Shown here one piece after another: positions 41,713 through 50,350 of a stretch of DNA of 64,000 nt; position 1 is the stretch's first letter, and each line of letters starts with the position of its first letter. The translations under genes and the position numbers were made by a program. The notes below the pieces were generated by a model that did not search any database, was not told the DNA's origin, and worked only from the letters and a program-made list of their open reading frames with translations. Source of the stretch: an uncultured delta proteobacterium (lineage in GTDB: Bacteria; Desulfobacterota; Syntrophorhabdia; Syntrophorhabdales; WCHB1-27); NCBI GenBank assembly GCA_963810935.1, contig CAWEPK010000008.1:160001-224000 (forward strand), read 5' to 3'.

Positions 41713-43263
41713 ATGAGCCTGCTCGAAGCGTATATCGTTACCTTTATCGCCAGCTTTTGCTCGCTCGTCATCGAGATGGTCGCCGGCCGCATCCTGGCGC
41801 CTTTCGTCGGCGTCTCCCTCTATACGTGGACGAGCATCATCGGGGTCATTCTGACCGGCATCAGCATAGGCGCTTACATCGGCGGCAAGCTCGTGGACCG
41901 CTACCCGCGCAGGAGCACGCTGGGCCTGCTCCTTCTGCTTTCGGGCATCGCAGCCCTGTGCATCATACCGCTAACGAACATGGTCGCCGCCTACCCTTTC
42001 CCCTTCTCTCTCATGTGGCGCATCTTCACGGTTACAGCGATCATCTTCTTCATACCCGGCTGCATACTCGGCACGATATCGCCCGTCGTTGTCAGGCTCA
42101 CCCTCCAGAGCCTCAATAAGGCAGGCAACGTCATAGGAAAGATTTACGCGTTCTCGACGCTCGGAGCCATCATAGGTACCTTTGCAACGGGGTTCCTGCT
42201 TATCTCGTGGATGGGCACGCGGAACATCATTTTCACGATGGGCGTCATCCTTATCCTCGCCGCCCTTTTTGCAGGCCGCCTCTTCACGCGCAAAGTCCTG
42301 TTCACCGCGATCGTCGTCCTCTGCGCCGTCTCGCTGGCGCCCATCTACATGTGGGCGTACAGGATGCCGGTTAATTTCCCCACGTATTTTTACAAGGAGA
42401 GCGACTACTACACGATCAAGGTGACAAAGACGAAAGGCAGGGACAAGACAACCCCCGTCGAGGCGCTGATACTCGACCACCTCATCCACTCTTACGTAAA
42501 CCTTGCAGATCCCCTGCACATAGAGTACGAGTACGAGCGGATATACGGCGAGATCCTCAAATGGATGTACGAGCCGCAAAGCAACTTCAGCACCCTGTCC
42601 ATAGGTGGCGGCGGCTACACGTTCCCCCGCTATATGGAGAAGACTTTTCCGAAGTCGCACGTCGACGTAGTGGAGATAGACCCCGAGGTCACCAACGTCG
42701 TCTACAACCAATTCGGCCTCCACAGGGATACGCGCATCCGGACGTTCAACACGGACGGGCGGTGGTACGTCATGAACTGCAAGGAGAAGTACGACGTAAT
42801 CATGACGGACGCGTTTAATGACATTTCAATACCCTATCACCTGACCACGAAAGAGTTCATAAAACAGCTCGACTCTATTATGAACGAGAACGGCATCCTG
42901 ATGTCGAACATCATAGACAACTTCCAGAAAGGGGCCTTTCTCCCTTCTTACATAAGAACGCTCGGAGAGGTCTTCGGCCCTGAGAACGTCTACCTCTTCT
43001 CCATCAGCCCCGAGTTCGAGAAGCTACGCATCAGCACATTCATCGTGGCCGCGACAAAGGGCGGACGGGACATGAAGAAGTTCGACGCCTGGCTGAAACA
43101 GGGGAACCACAACAAAGCGAAATCGGTCCTTGTCTCGGACGCACTGATGAAGGACCTCATGACCAAGCGGCACTCGATAGTCATTACGGACGACTACGCG
43201 CCCGTGGACAACCTGATCGCCCCCATATTCGAGGAGAGGTTCGGCTACAAGGGCAAGCGGTAA
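41713..43263 (+). CDS. Fused membrane (MFS-like)/spermidine synthase protein
   Basis: N-terminal TMs (RILAPFVGVSLYTWTSIIG); IGGGGYT, VVEIDPEV, TDAF, HLTTKEF, TDDYAP. Confidence 0.88.
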   Translation: MSLLEAYIVTFIASFCSLVIEMVAGRILAPFVGVSLYTWTSIIGVILTGISIGAYIGGKLVDRYPRRSTLGLLLLLSGIAALCIIPLTNMVAAYPFPFSLMWRIFTVTAIIFFIPGCILGTISPVVVRLTLQSLNKAGNVIGKIYAFSTLGAIIGTFATGFLLISWMGTRNIIFTMGVILILAALFAGRLFTRKVLFTAIVVLCAVSLAPIYMWAYRMPVNFPTYFYKESDYYTIKVTKTKGRDKTTPVEALILDHLIHSYVNLADPLHIEYEYERIYGEILKWMYEPQSNFSTLSIGGGGYTFPRYMEKTFPKSHVDVVEIDPEVTNVVYNQFGLHRDTRIRTFNTDGRWYVMNCKEKYDVIMTDAFNDISIPYHLTTKEFIKQLDSIMNENGILMSNIIDNFQKGAFLPSYIRTLGEVFGPENVYLFSISPEFEKLRISTFIVAATKGGRDMKKFDAWLKQGNHNKAKSVLVSDALMKDLMTKRHSIVITDDYAPVDNLIAPIFEERFGYKGKR

Positions 43264-43289
43264 AGGGGCCTCTCGCGGCAGGCGTTGCG

Positions 43290-43862
43290 ATGCACAGCGA
43301 TAAGTACCGCGATTATGCGGACCTCGCAGCCCATGAAAAAGAAGGCGCGGACTACAGGATCACCGTCCTCCGGCGGCCGTCGCCAATAGCGGTCATCGCC
43401 CCGCACGGAGGCGGCATAGAGCCGCAGACCGCGCACATCGCAGCAGCCATCGCGGGCAATGAATTCAATCTATATCTCTTTGAAGGCATCAAGCATCAGG
43501 GCAACAGTGTGCTCCACATAACGAGCCACCGCTTCGACGAGCATTCGTGCCTTGACCTTTTGGCAGCCTGCGATTCGGTTGTCGCGGTCCACGGCTATAC
43601 AGGCTATGACGAGGCGATACTCCTCGGCGGCCTTGACGAAGGCCTCAAGGCCCGTGTAGCAGCATCGCTACGCGCAACCGGCTTCGAGGCTGCGACTGAC
43701 GGCCATCAGTTTCCGGGAACAGAGCCGACCAATATTTGCAACCGCTGCCGCACCGGCAGGGGCGTGCAGATTGAGCTGTCGCGCCACATACGCGACAGCG
43801 AAGAAAGACGCCTGAAGCTGGTAAAGGCCGTGCGGGCTGCGCTGTCGAAAGCCCCTTCTTGA
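43290..43862 (+). CDS. Poly-gamma-glutamate hydrolase family (PghP/YjqB, DUF867)
   Basis: APHGGGIE, HITSHRFDE, VHG, NICN, GVQIELS. Confidence 0.85.
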   Translation: MHSDKYRDYADLAAHEKEGADYRITVLRRPSPIAVIAPHGGGIEPQTAHIAAAIAGNEFNLYLFEGIKHQGNSVLHITSHRFDEHSCLDLLAACDSVVAVHGYTGYDEAILLGGLDEGLKARVAASLRATGFEAATDGHQFPGTEPTNICNRCRTGRGVQIELSRHIRDSEERRLKLVKAVRAALSKAPS

Positions 43863-43887
43863 TATTGCGGCCGCTTACAGGTATATT
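43859..43887 (+). promoter_or_regulatory. sigma70-type promoter for riboswitch 1 / dynamin-like gene
   Basis: TTGATA-17 bp-TATATT. The predicted start lies just before the aptamer. Confidence 0.6.
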
Positions 43888-43895
43888 TTTTTTCA

Positions 43896-43946
43896 GGCGA
43901 TGGGGTTCGCCGTAACCGCCCCGCAAGAGGGGCTGATGACTCCTGA
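43896..43946 (+). ncRNA. Fluoride riboswitch (crcB motif) #1
   Basis: GGCGAUGGGGUUCGCC-GUAACC-GCCCC..GGGGC-UGAUGACUCCUG: P1 GGCGA/UCGCC, P2, and GGGGUU/GACUCC pseudoknot match the crcB consensus. Confidence 0.9.
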
Positions 43947-44016
43947 TTATCCCACCTCTTGCGGGAGCGGACGGTGCGCCGGTATGCTTCCGCCGGAGGC
44001 CACCCGGAGGAGCATC

Positions 44017-45688
44017 ATGGAAGAGAAAACCGCTCGACCTGACCCCGCCAGGGCCGCATCGCGCGCAATCCTCGACCGCGCCCGCGAAATAGGACTCCGC
44101 TTCAATATTGCCTCCCTCGCCCCCCAGTTGGACGCGTGCGGGAAGCTCTTCAGCCGGGACGAATATATAGACGTTGCGGTCCTGGGTCAGTTCAAAGCCG
44201 GCAAAAGCTCCTTCATCAACAGCCTCATCGGCCATGAGGTCCTGCCCGTCGGCGTAATCCCGGTAACCACGGTCATCACACGACTTTACTACGATCAAGA
44301 ACCGGGCGCGGTCGTGACACGCTTCGATGGCACCACGGTCCGGGCGCCGCTCGACGAGATAGCGGACTACATATCGGAAGGAAAGAACCCTGCGAACGAA
44401 AAGGACGTTGAGGTCGTCGATATCGGCCTACCCGCCCTCGGGCGCTATCCGGGGCTGCGGCTCGTCGATACCCCCGGCCTGGGGAGCGCCTTCAGGCATA
44501 ACACCGGGACGTCGCGCAGGTGGCTGCCGGAGGCGGGAGCGGCCATCGCGGCAGTCAGCGCGGAACGCCCCCTTTCCGAGAGCGATATAGACCTCGTCAG
44601 AGAGTCTGACGGGCCACAGCCCGAACGTCATCCTGCTCCTCACGAAGGTCGACCTTCTCTCGCCGGAACAGCAAGCGGAGGTCATTGCGTTCTTCAATAA
44701 GACGCTCCTGAGGGAGATCGGCCGCGAGCTTCCCGTCTACACGTATTCGACGGTGAGCCGCACGGACTTACTGAAAGGCCGCATCGATGCCATTTTGCGA
44801 GCGCTCTCAGACAATCGCCGGGAGGAGCAGAAAAGCATCCTGCTGCACAAAATTGCCTTGCTGGCCAGGACCTCCATCGGCTACCTCGACCTTGCCCTGC
44901 TGGCGTCACTGAAAGCGGACGGGGAACGCGAAGCTGCAAGGAAGCTGATCCTTACCGAAAAGCTCAATTACGAGCTCGTCAGGGCGGAGTTGTTCGCTGT
45001 GGCGCGCGAAAACGAGCGAGAGACGAGGGGCGTTATCGCGGCCCGGCTCGAATCCAGGAGGCCGGAGCTGACGCGCAGGCTCGTTGCCGCCCTGGCTGCT
45101 GAGATGCCCGCATGGAAGGGCGGCCTGTGGAAGCTCACCCGAAGGTATGAGGAATGGCTCGAAGAGACCCTGACGAGTGAGCTTGCGGCCCTGTCGCAAA
45201 AAGAGCATCGCCACTTCTTCGGGACGCTCGATAAGGCCCGCGCGTCCATCTTACGGTCCCTGGACCTATTCCGGAACCTCCTCGACAGGAACATCGAAGC
45301 CGTTTTGGGTGTGACGCTCACGCCTCCCATATGGGAGATCAGCGTCGCCGAGCCGGCCAATCCCGACATCGCCTTTACCAAGGTATTCGACTTTCACCTG
45401 GATGCCCTCTGGTTCGTCATCCCTACGCCCCTGTTCAGGCCTGTATTCGAGAGGCGCTTTCTGCGGAAGGTGCCGCAGATAGTGCAGATGCACCTGTCGC
45501 GCCTCGCCTATCAATGGGAAGTGCGGATCAACAAGACCATCGATGAGATGCGGGACCGCGGCCTGGAATACGTACGGGACCAGCTTTCCGACATAGACGC
45601 CCTGCTATCGCAATCGACGGGGCGAAGCGCGGAGTTGCGGGAAGCCATTGGCGATCTGCGGGACAACCTCCGGCAACTGGCGGTCTGA
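44017..45688 (+). CDS. Bacterial dynamin-like GTPase (~556 aa), +1 frameshift at ~44605
   Basis: GGAGGAG SD; G1 GQFKAGKS, G2 PVT, G3 DTPG; after the frameshift G4 TKVD and a helical stalk. Confidence 0.85.
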
Positions 45689-45739
45689 ATCCATAAGGCC
45701 GCCCTTTCGGGACCGGCCGGGGCTTTACCCGAAGAAGTA

Positions 45740-45768
45740 TTGATTTGTCACACAGTCTCCGTTAAGCT
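45740..45768 (+). promoter_or_regulatory. sigma70-type promoter for riboswitch 2 / antiporter
   Basis: TTGATT-17 bp-TAAGCT just upstream of the aptamer. Confidence 0.5.
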
Positions 45769-45780
45769 ATTTGTCAGTTT

Positions 45781-45831
45781 GGGGATGGAGTCCCCTCGTA
45801 ACTGCCTTTAGGCCAGGCTGATGACTCCTAC
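45781..45831 (+). ncRNA. Fluoride riboswitch (crcB motif) #2
   Basis: GGGGAUGGAGUCCCC-UCGUAACU-GCCU..AGGC-UGAUGACUCCUAC: P1 GGGGA/UCCCC, pseudoknot GGAGUC/GACUCC. Confidence 0.92.
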
Positions 45832-45875
45832 CATGAAGGCGCGTGCCTCGGTGGGGTCGTCTCCGGCTGTTCCCG

Positions 45876-45898
45876 ACCCGTCGCACGACGGGTTTTTT
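45876..45898 (+). terminator. Intrinsic terminator in the riboswitch 2 expression platform
   Basis: CCCGTC-GCAC-GACGGG followed by T6. Confidence 0.8.
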
Positions 45899-45941
45899 GT
45901 TGCCTTCATCCTGGCCAATCTATCGTTGAGGAGGCTTCATC

Positions 45942-47141
45942 ATGGAGCACATTTTTGTCATCGCCTCGGTCTGGCTGGGCCTTGCAGTTATCGCGGCAAT
46001 TATCGCTTATCACCTGCGCATTTCAATTGCCCTCGTCGAGATTTGCGTAGGCGTTGCGGCAGGCGGCCTGGCGGGGCTGTTCGCAAAGGCAGACGCGTTC
46101 GATATGAACGTCGAGTGGCTGCGGTTCCTCGCTTCCTCCGGGGCCATCCTGCTGACGTTCCTGGCAGGTGCGGAGCTGGAGCCGGACGCGCTGCGGTCGA
46201 AGGTAAAAGAGGTGTCCGTGGTCGGCCTCGTCGGTTTTCTTGCGCCGTTTTTCGGCTGCGCCGCGCTCGCCCACTACCTGCTCGGCTGGGAGTTACGACC
46301 GAGCCTCCTGTGCGGCGTCGCCCTTTCTACCACTTCCATGGCGGTCGTCTACGCGGTCATGCTGGAGACGGGCCTTAACAAGACGGAATTCGGCAAAGGC
46401 ATCCTGGGCGCCTGCTTTGTAAACGACCTTGGCACGGTCATCGCCCTCGGCCTGCTATTCGCGCCGTTTACCTACAGGACGCTCGTGTTTGTAGCCGTCA
46501 GCGCTGTCGTCCTGGCCTTCCTTCCTTCCGTAACGGGCCTGCTGACGCGCATTTATGCCTACCGCACGGCCGCCATACGGGCCAAATGGGTGCTCCTGGT
46601 CCTATTCGGTCTGGGGGCGCTTGCCCTCTGGGCAGGCAATGAAGGTGTCCTCCCGGCCTACATCGGGGGCATGGTGCTTGCGTCCAGGGCGGCAAAGGAC
46701 GACCTCTGGATACGCCGCATGAGGACGCTTACCATAGGTTTTCTGACGCCCTTCTACTTCCTCCGGGCGGGTATGCTCGTCTCCATCGGGGCCCTCGTTT
46801 CCGCGCCCCTCGTCTTCCTCGCACTGCTGGCTGCCAAAGTCTTCTCCAAAATCTTCGGCCTTTACCCTGTGGTCCGGCCGTTCAGACAGGACCACAACGA
46901 GCGCTGGTATTACACCCTTCTCATGTCTACGGGGCTGACGTTCGGGACGATCTCGGCGCTCTTCGGCCTCTCCCACGGGATCGTGACGCGGGGACAATAC
47001 TCTTTTCTCGTTGCAACGGTCATCGCGAGCGCCGTAGTGCCGACCCTTATTGCCACGATCTTTTTCCTGCCGACGCACCTTCTCGATACCGGGCGGGAAA
47101 AGCCGCAGCCGAACGGCGAAGGGCTGGCGGACGAAGGATAA
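45942..47141 (+). CDS. Cation:proton antiporter (CPA2 / Na+/H+ exchanger family)
   Basis: Highly hydrophobic multi-TM protein; FLAGAE, ALSTTSMAVV, CFVNDLG, TPFYF; GAGGAGG SD. Confidence 0.88.
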   Translation: MEHIFVIASVWLGLAVIAAIIAYHLRISIALVEICVGVAAGGLAGLFAKADAFDMNVEWLRFLASSGAILLTFLAGAELEPDALRSKVKEVSVVGLVGFLAPFFGCAALAHYLLGWELRPSLLCGVALSTTSMAVVYAVMLETGLNKTEFGKGILGACFVNDLGTVIALGLLFAPFTYRTLVFVAVSAVVLAFLPSVTGLLTRIYAYRTAAIRAKWVLLVLFGLGALALWAGNEGVLPAYIGGMVLASRAAKDDLWIRRMRTLTIGFLTPFYFLRAGMLVSIGALVSAPLVFLALLAAKVFSKIFGLYPVVRPFRQDHNERWYYTLLMSTGLTFGTISALFGLSHGIVTRGQYSFLVATVIASAVVPTLIATIFFLPTHLLDTGREKPQPNGEGLADEG

Positions 47142-47174
47142 ATTCCAGGGCTTCTTTTCCACTGCCGAAGGTTG

Positions 47175-48446
47175 TTAATCGACTATCCAGTTGGGCCTGG
47201 TCCGGGCATAGTCGGCCACGGCCTGCCTGGTCCATTCTTCGAGGCCCGGCGACATGTAGAAACTGGGTACGAGAAGGTCGTTGCAGGCAAGGACGACCCT
47301 TTCCCTTACTGCCTGGTCCGCCAGTTGCGTGCCCGGATAAATGCGGACGCCAATTGTAATCTTCAACGCTTCTAATTCGAGGGAATCGGCGAAGGCAAGG
47401 CTTTCCTTCACAGAATCGCGCGTCTCTCCGGGACCCCCGAGGAGGACAAACCCCATGCACTTGATGCCGGATTTGCGCAAGGCCTCACGCGTCCGGGCAA
47501 CGTCGCGCAGATCGAACCGCTTGTTCATGCTTTTCAGCATCTTCTGGCACCCGCTCTCGAACCCGACGGCCGCGTCGCTGCACCCCGCCTGCGCCATGAG
47601 ACCGGCCAGCTCCTCGTCCAGCCGCCAGGGATAGACAATAGCCGTCCATGAAACGCCAAGGGAAGCGGCGATCAGCTCGCTGCATAGGAGGCGCGCATAC
47701 GAGACAGGCAGGTTGAATGTGTTGTCCACGAAATAGAACCTGCGGCCGCCTGCGGCCGCCCACCCGGCGATCCATTCCACGACCTTAGCAGGCGACCTTT
47801 TGCGTACTGCCCGCCCCTCGATGGAGGCGGTCGAGCAGTATGAGCAGCCAAGGGGGCAGCCGCGCCGCGTCTGCACCGGTATTGCAGTCTCGCCGGCCCC
47901 GGTCAACGGCAGCAGGCCCGGACCAGGCAAAGGCAGCGTGTCAAGGTCGCGAACGAAAACTCGCGGGGCCTGAAGCCCCCTCTTTTTTAGATAGAGGCCG
48001 GGCGTGCCTTCGAGCGGTTGCCCGTGTTCTATTCTTTCGAGGAGCAGCCGGAGTGCCTCCTCCCCCTCGCCGCAGATGCCCATGTCCGCGCGCGAGCGTT
48101 CCAGCGCGCCTTCCGGAAAAATGCTGTAGCCCGCGCCCCCCAATATCACGGGGGCGGACGTAAGAGATTTCACACAGTCGATGACTGCATTGGCCTCTTC
48201 CATGAAGTAGCGGGGAGAGGACATGTTTTGATCGTCGATGTTGCGCAGCGATATACCGACCGCACCCGGGGACAATTCTTTCACGGCTGCGCCAATGGCG
48301 GCCTGTACGTCCTGCACGCCCAGGAGGTCGAGGGTCTGCACCTCATGCCCCGCCGCGTCAAGCGCCGCTGCCACGCAACCGAGACCGAGCGGCAGGGCCC
48401 GCATGTTAATCTCGGTCCGGTTCGCCGATATCAGGAGCACCCTCAT
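47175..48446 (-). CDS. B12-binding-domain radical SAM protein
   Basis: PLGLGCVAAAL, GISLRNIDD, GGAGYS, GEGE, TRRGCPLGCSYC, FVDNTFN, GGPGET. Confidence 0.88.
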   Translation of the reverse strand: MRVLLISANRTEINMRALPLGLGCVAAALDAAGHEVQTLDLLGVQDVQAAIGAAVKELSPGAVGISLRNIDDQNMSSPRYFMEEANAVIDCVKSLTSAPVILGGAGYSIFPEGALERSRADMGICGEGEEALRLLLERIEHGQPLEGTPGLYLKKRGLQAPRVFVRDLDTLPLPGPGLLPLTGAGETAIPVQTRRGCPLGCSYCSTASIEGRAVRKRSPAKVVEWIAGWAAAGGRRFYFVDNTFNLPVSYARLLCSELIAASLGVSWTAIVYPWRLDEELAGLMAQAGCSDAAVGFESGCQKMLKSMNKRFDLRDVARTREALRKSGIKCMGFVLLGGPGETRDSVKESLAFADSLELEALKITIGVRIYPGTQLADQAVRERVVLACNDLLVPSFYMSPGLEEWTRQAVADYARTRPNWIVD

Positions 48447-49135
48447 TTCACCCGCCGGTCCTCCTTCACCCCTTTGTGCGCCTTCCAGTGCTCGTACTCG
48501 TAAGGCCACTCTTCCTTGCGCCACGTCACCAGCGACCTCATGCGCTCTTTGAACTTGAGGGTAAGCCAGGCGTAATCCGGAGAGCCTTCTTGCGCTTCCC
48601 AGGCCGCTACGAGCTTACCTCCCAGCTCAAGCGCCTTCTCGCGCGTCCCGGCAGGGAAGTTGTGTCCTTCTATTTGTCCCATGGTCGCCCAGACGGAGCC
48701 TACCGGGACAGCCCCGCACACCGCAAGGAACTGGTTGATGTACTCGGCGATGGGCGCCTCGTCCCCTCCCCCTGATGTCACGACGGCAGCGCCGTATTTC
48801 CCCTCGAACCCCTGAAGGTGGACCGCACCGCAGCAGCGGTCGATGAAGGTTTTCAACTGCGCGCTCACGTGGGATATATAATTCGGCGTCGCGAGGATTA
48901 TACCATCCGCCTCATCGACTGCCTTCTTTATCGCGCCGAACGAATCCTTCTGGGGGCACGAGCCCACTTTGTGGCAGGTATCGCATGCCTTGCACGGCTT
49001 CACCTCCTGCCCCTTTATGGCAAAGACCTCGATAGACGCCCCTGCCTCCTCCGACCCCTGCAGGACGAGTTTCATCAGGCTGCCCGTCGCGCCCTTCATA
49101 CCCCTGGGGCTGCCCACTATCGCAGCTATCTTCAT
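48443..49135 (-). CDS. Iron-sulfur flavoprotein / flavodoxin-family FMN reductase
   Basis: GSPR, CKACDTC-x5-C, ATPNY, KTFIDR; AAGGAGG SD. Confidence 0.88.
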   Translation of the reverse strand: MKIAAIVGSPRGMKGATGSLMKLVLQGSEEAGASIEVFAIKGQEVKPCKACDTCHKVGSCPQKDSFGAIKKAVDEADGIILATPNYISHVSAQLKTFIDRCCGAVHLQGFEGKYGAAVVTSGGGDEAPIAEYINQFLAVCGAVPVGSVWATMGQIEGHNFPAGTREKALELGGKLVAAWEAQEGSPDYAWLTLKFKERMRSLVTWRKEEWPYEYEHWKAHKGVKEDRRVK

Positions 49136-49381
49136 GCGGTCCTCCTTTCGACGCTCTATATGTTTCGGGTCGCAAGCAGCCAGGCGTTCCCTCGGTATAC
49201 AAGGTATTTCCGGCCGCAATGATATTATAACACCCGCGCCGGCACGGCGCCTAACGGAACCTTCGTCGGCAGGCAGGCCCGAAGAGACCCCTGGCCGACC
49301 GGCCGGAGCCAATCGGAGCCCTTTTTTCAAGGGCCTGTTTTCATAGTAAAAACAGTTCGTTCGAAAAATATAAATTTCTTC

Positions 49382-49410
49382 TTGACAGCCATTCCGAAAA
49401 GTAATATTGT
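49382..49410 (+). promoter_or_regulatory. sigma70-type promoter with AT-rich upstream segment
   Basis: TTGACA-17 bp-TATTGT, preceded by AAAAATATAAATTTC. Confidence 0.65.
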
Positions 49411-49415
49411 ATACA

Positions 49416-49634
49416 AAGCGTATGTAACGCAATTCACAACGCGCCGCTGATAGGTGAAGGGCCGTTAAGACAGGCCGCATACGCAAGCGGGTCCAAGTCC
49501 GGAAATTCAAGGATTTGGCCGGCCGGGCAAGTGCTTAATTGCACAAAGTCAGTTGCCGGCAACGCTAGGCCCATTAATCTGCAACTTCTCATAATTACTC
49601 CCCTTTCCCCCTGGGCCCCCCCAGGGGGTTTTTT
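49416..49634 (+). ncRNA. Candidate structured small RNA (unassigned)
   Basis: Bounded by a promoter and a strong terminator; several helices; no ATG-initiated ORF on +. Confidence 0.5.
49607..49634 (+). terminator. Intrinsic terminator
   Basis: CCCCCTGGG-CCCC-CCCAGGGGG followed by T6. Confidence 0.85.
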
Positions 49635-49672
49635 CTTTACAATCAAGAGGCGTTAAGATATCATAGAACATT

Positions 49673-50350
49673 ATGGGAATCTCAGACATAAACGTGTATA
49701 CAGGCGGTTTAACGGGTCTCGTCCTCTCGGCCGGGCCCGTCGCAAGAGCAGTGGTCCTCATCCTGCTCTTCTTCTCCGTAGTCTCCTGGACGATCATTTT
49801 CTTTAAATGGCGCCAGTTGAGCGCAGCGGAGAGGGAGGGCATGAAGTTCCTCCAGGTGGCGAGGGACAGCGACTCATTCAAGCGGCTTGCCGCTATGTAC
49901 GCCGAGGACCCGGACAGCCCCTTCTACAAGCTCCTGATCGCGTCCTACAAAGAGGTGACGATCAGAGAGAAGGAGAATTCCACAAAGCTGAGCGCCGACA
50001 CCCTTCCTGCGGTGGAGGGCGTGCTGAGGGTAGCGGTGTCGGAAGAGACGGAGAGATTGGAAAAGCGCCTCGCCTTCCTTGCCACTACGGCCAACACGGC
50101 CCCCTTTATCGGGTTGTTCGGCACCGTATGGGGCATCATGGATTCCTTCCGGGAGATAGGCGTAAGGGGCACCACGAGCCTCGCCGTCGTGGCGCCGGGT
50201 ATCAGCGAGGCCCTGATAACGACCGCACTCGGACTCGCGACCGCCATCCCGGCGGTCTTAGCATACAATTACCTGATCAACAGACTTAGGGGCGTCTCCG
50301 TGAAGATGGAAAGCGCCTCCCACTGTATTATCAATCTTATCAGCCGATGA
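49673..50350 (+). CDS. tolQ: TolQ/ExbB proton channel
   Basis: SVVSWTII, TAPFIGLFGTVWGIM, VAPGISEALITTALGL, AIPA. Confidence 0.9.
   Translation: MGISDINVYTGGLTGLVLSAGPVARAVVLILLFFSVVSWTIIFFKWRQLSAAEREGMKFLQVARDSDSFKRLAAMYAEDPDSPFYKLLIASYKEVTIREKENSTKLSADTLPAVEGVLRVAVSEETERLEKRLAFLATTANTAPFIGLFGTVWGIMDSFREIGVRGTTSLAVVAPGISEALITTALGLATAIPAVLAYNYLINRLRGVSVKMESASHCIINLISR

Noticed and set aside
44590..44615. Programmed ribosomal frameshift in the dynamin-like gene
   Set aside because: No slippery heptamer; same +1 pattern as the other likely errors.
49484..49560. Resemblance to a c-di-GMP-I (GEMM) riboswitch (CGGGTCCAAGTCC..., GGGCAA...AAAGTC..GTTGCCG) or a twister ribozyme loop
   Set aside because: The elements are in the wrong order, there is no GNRA-capped stem before the receptor, and twister pseudoknot partners are missing. 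Left unassigned.
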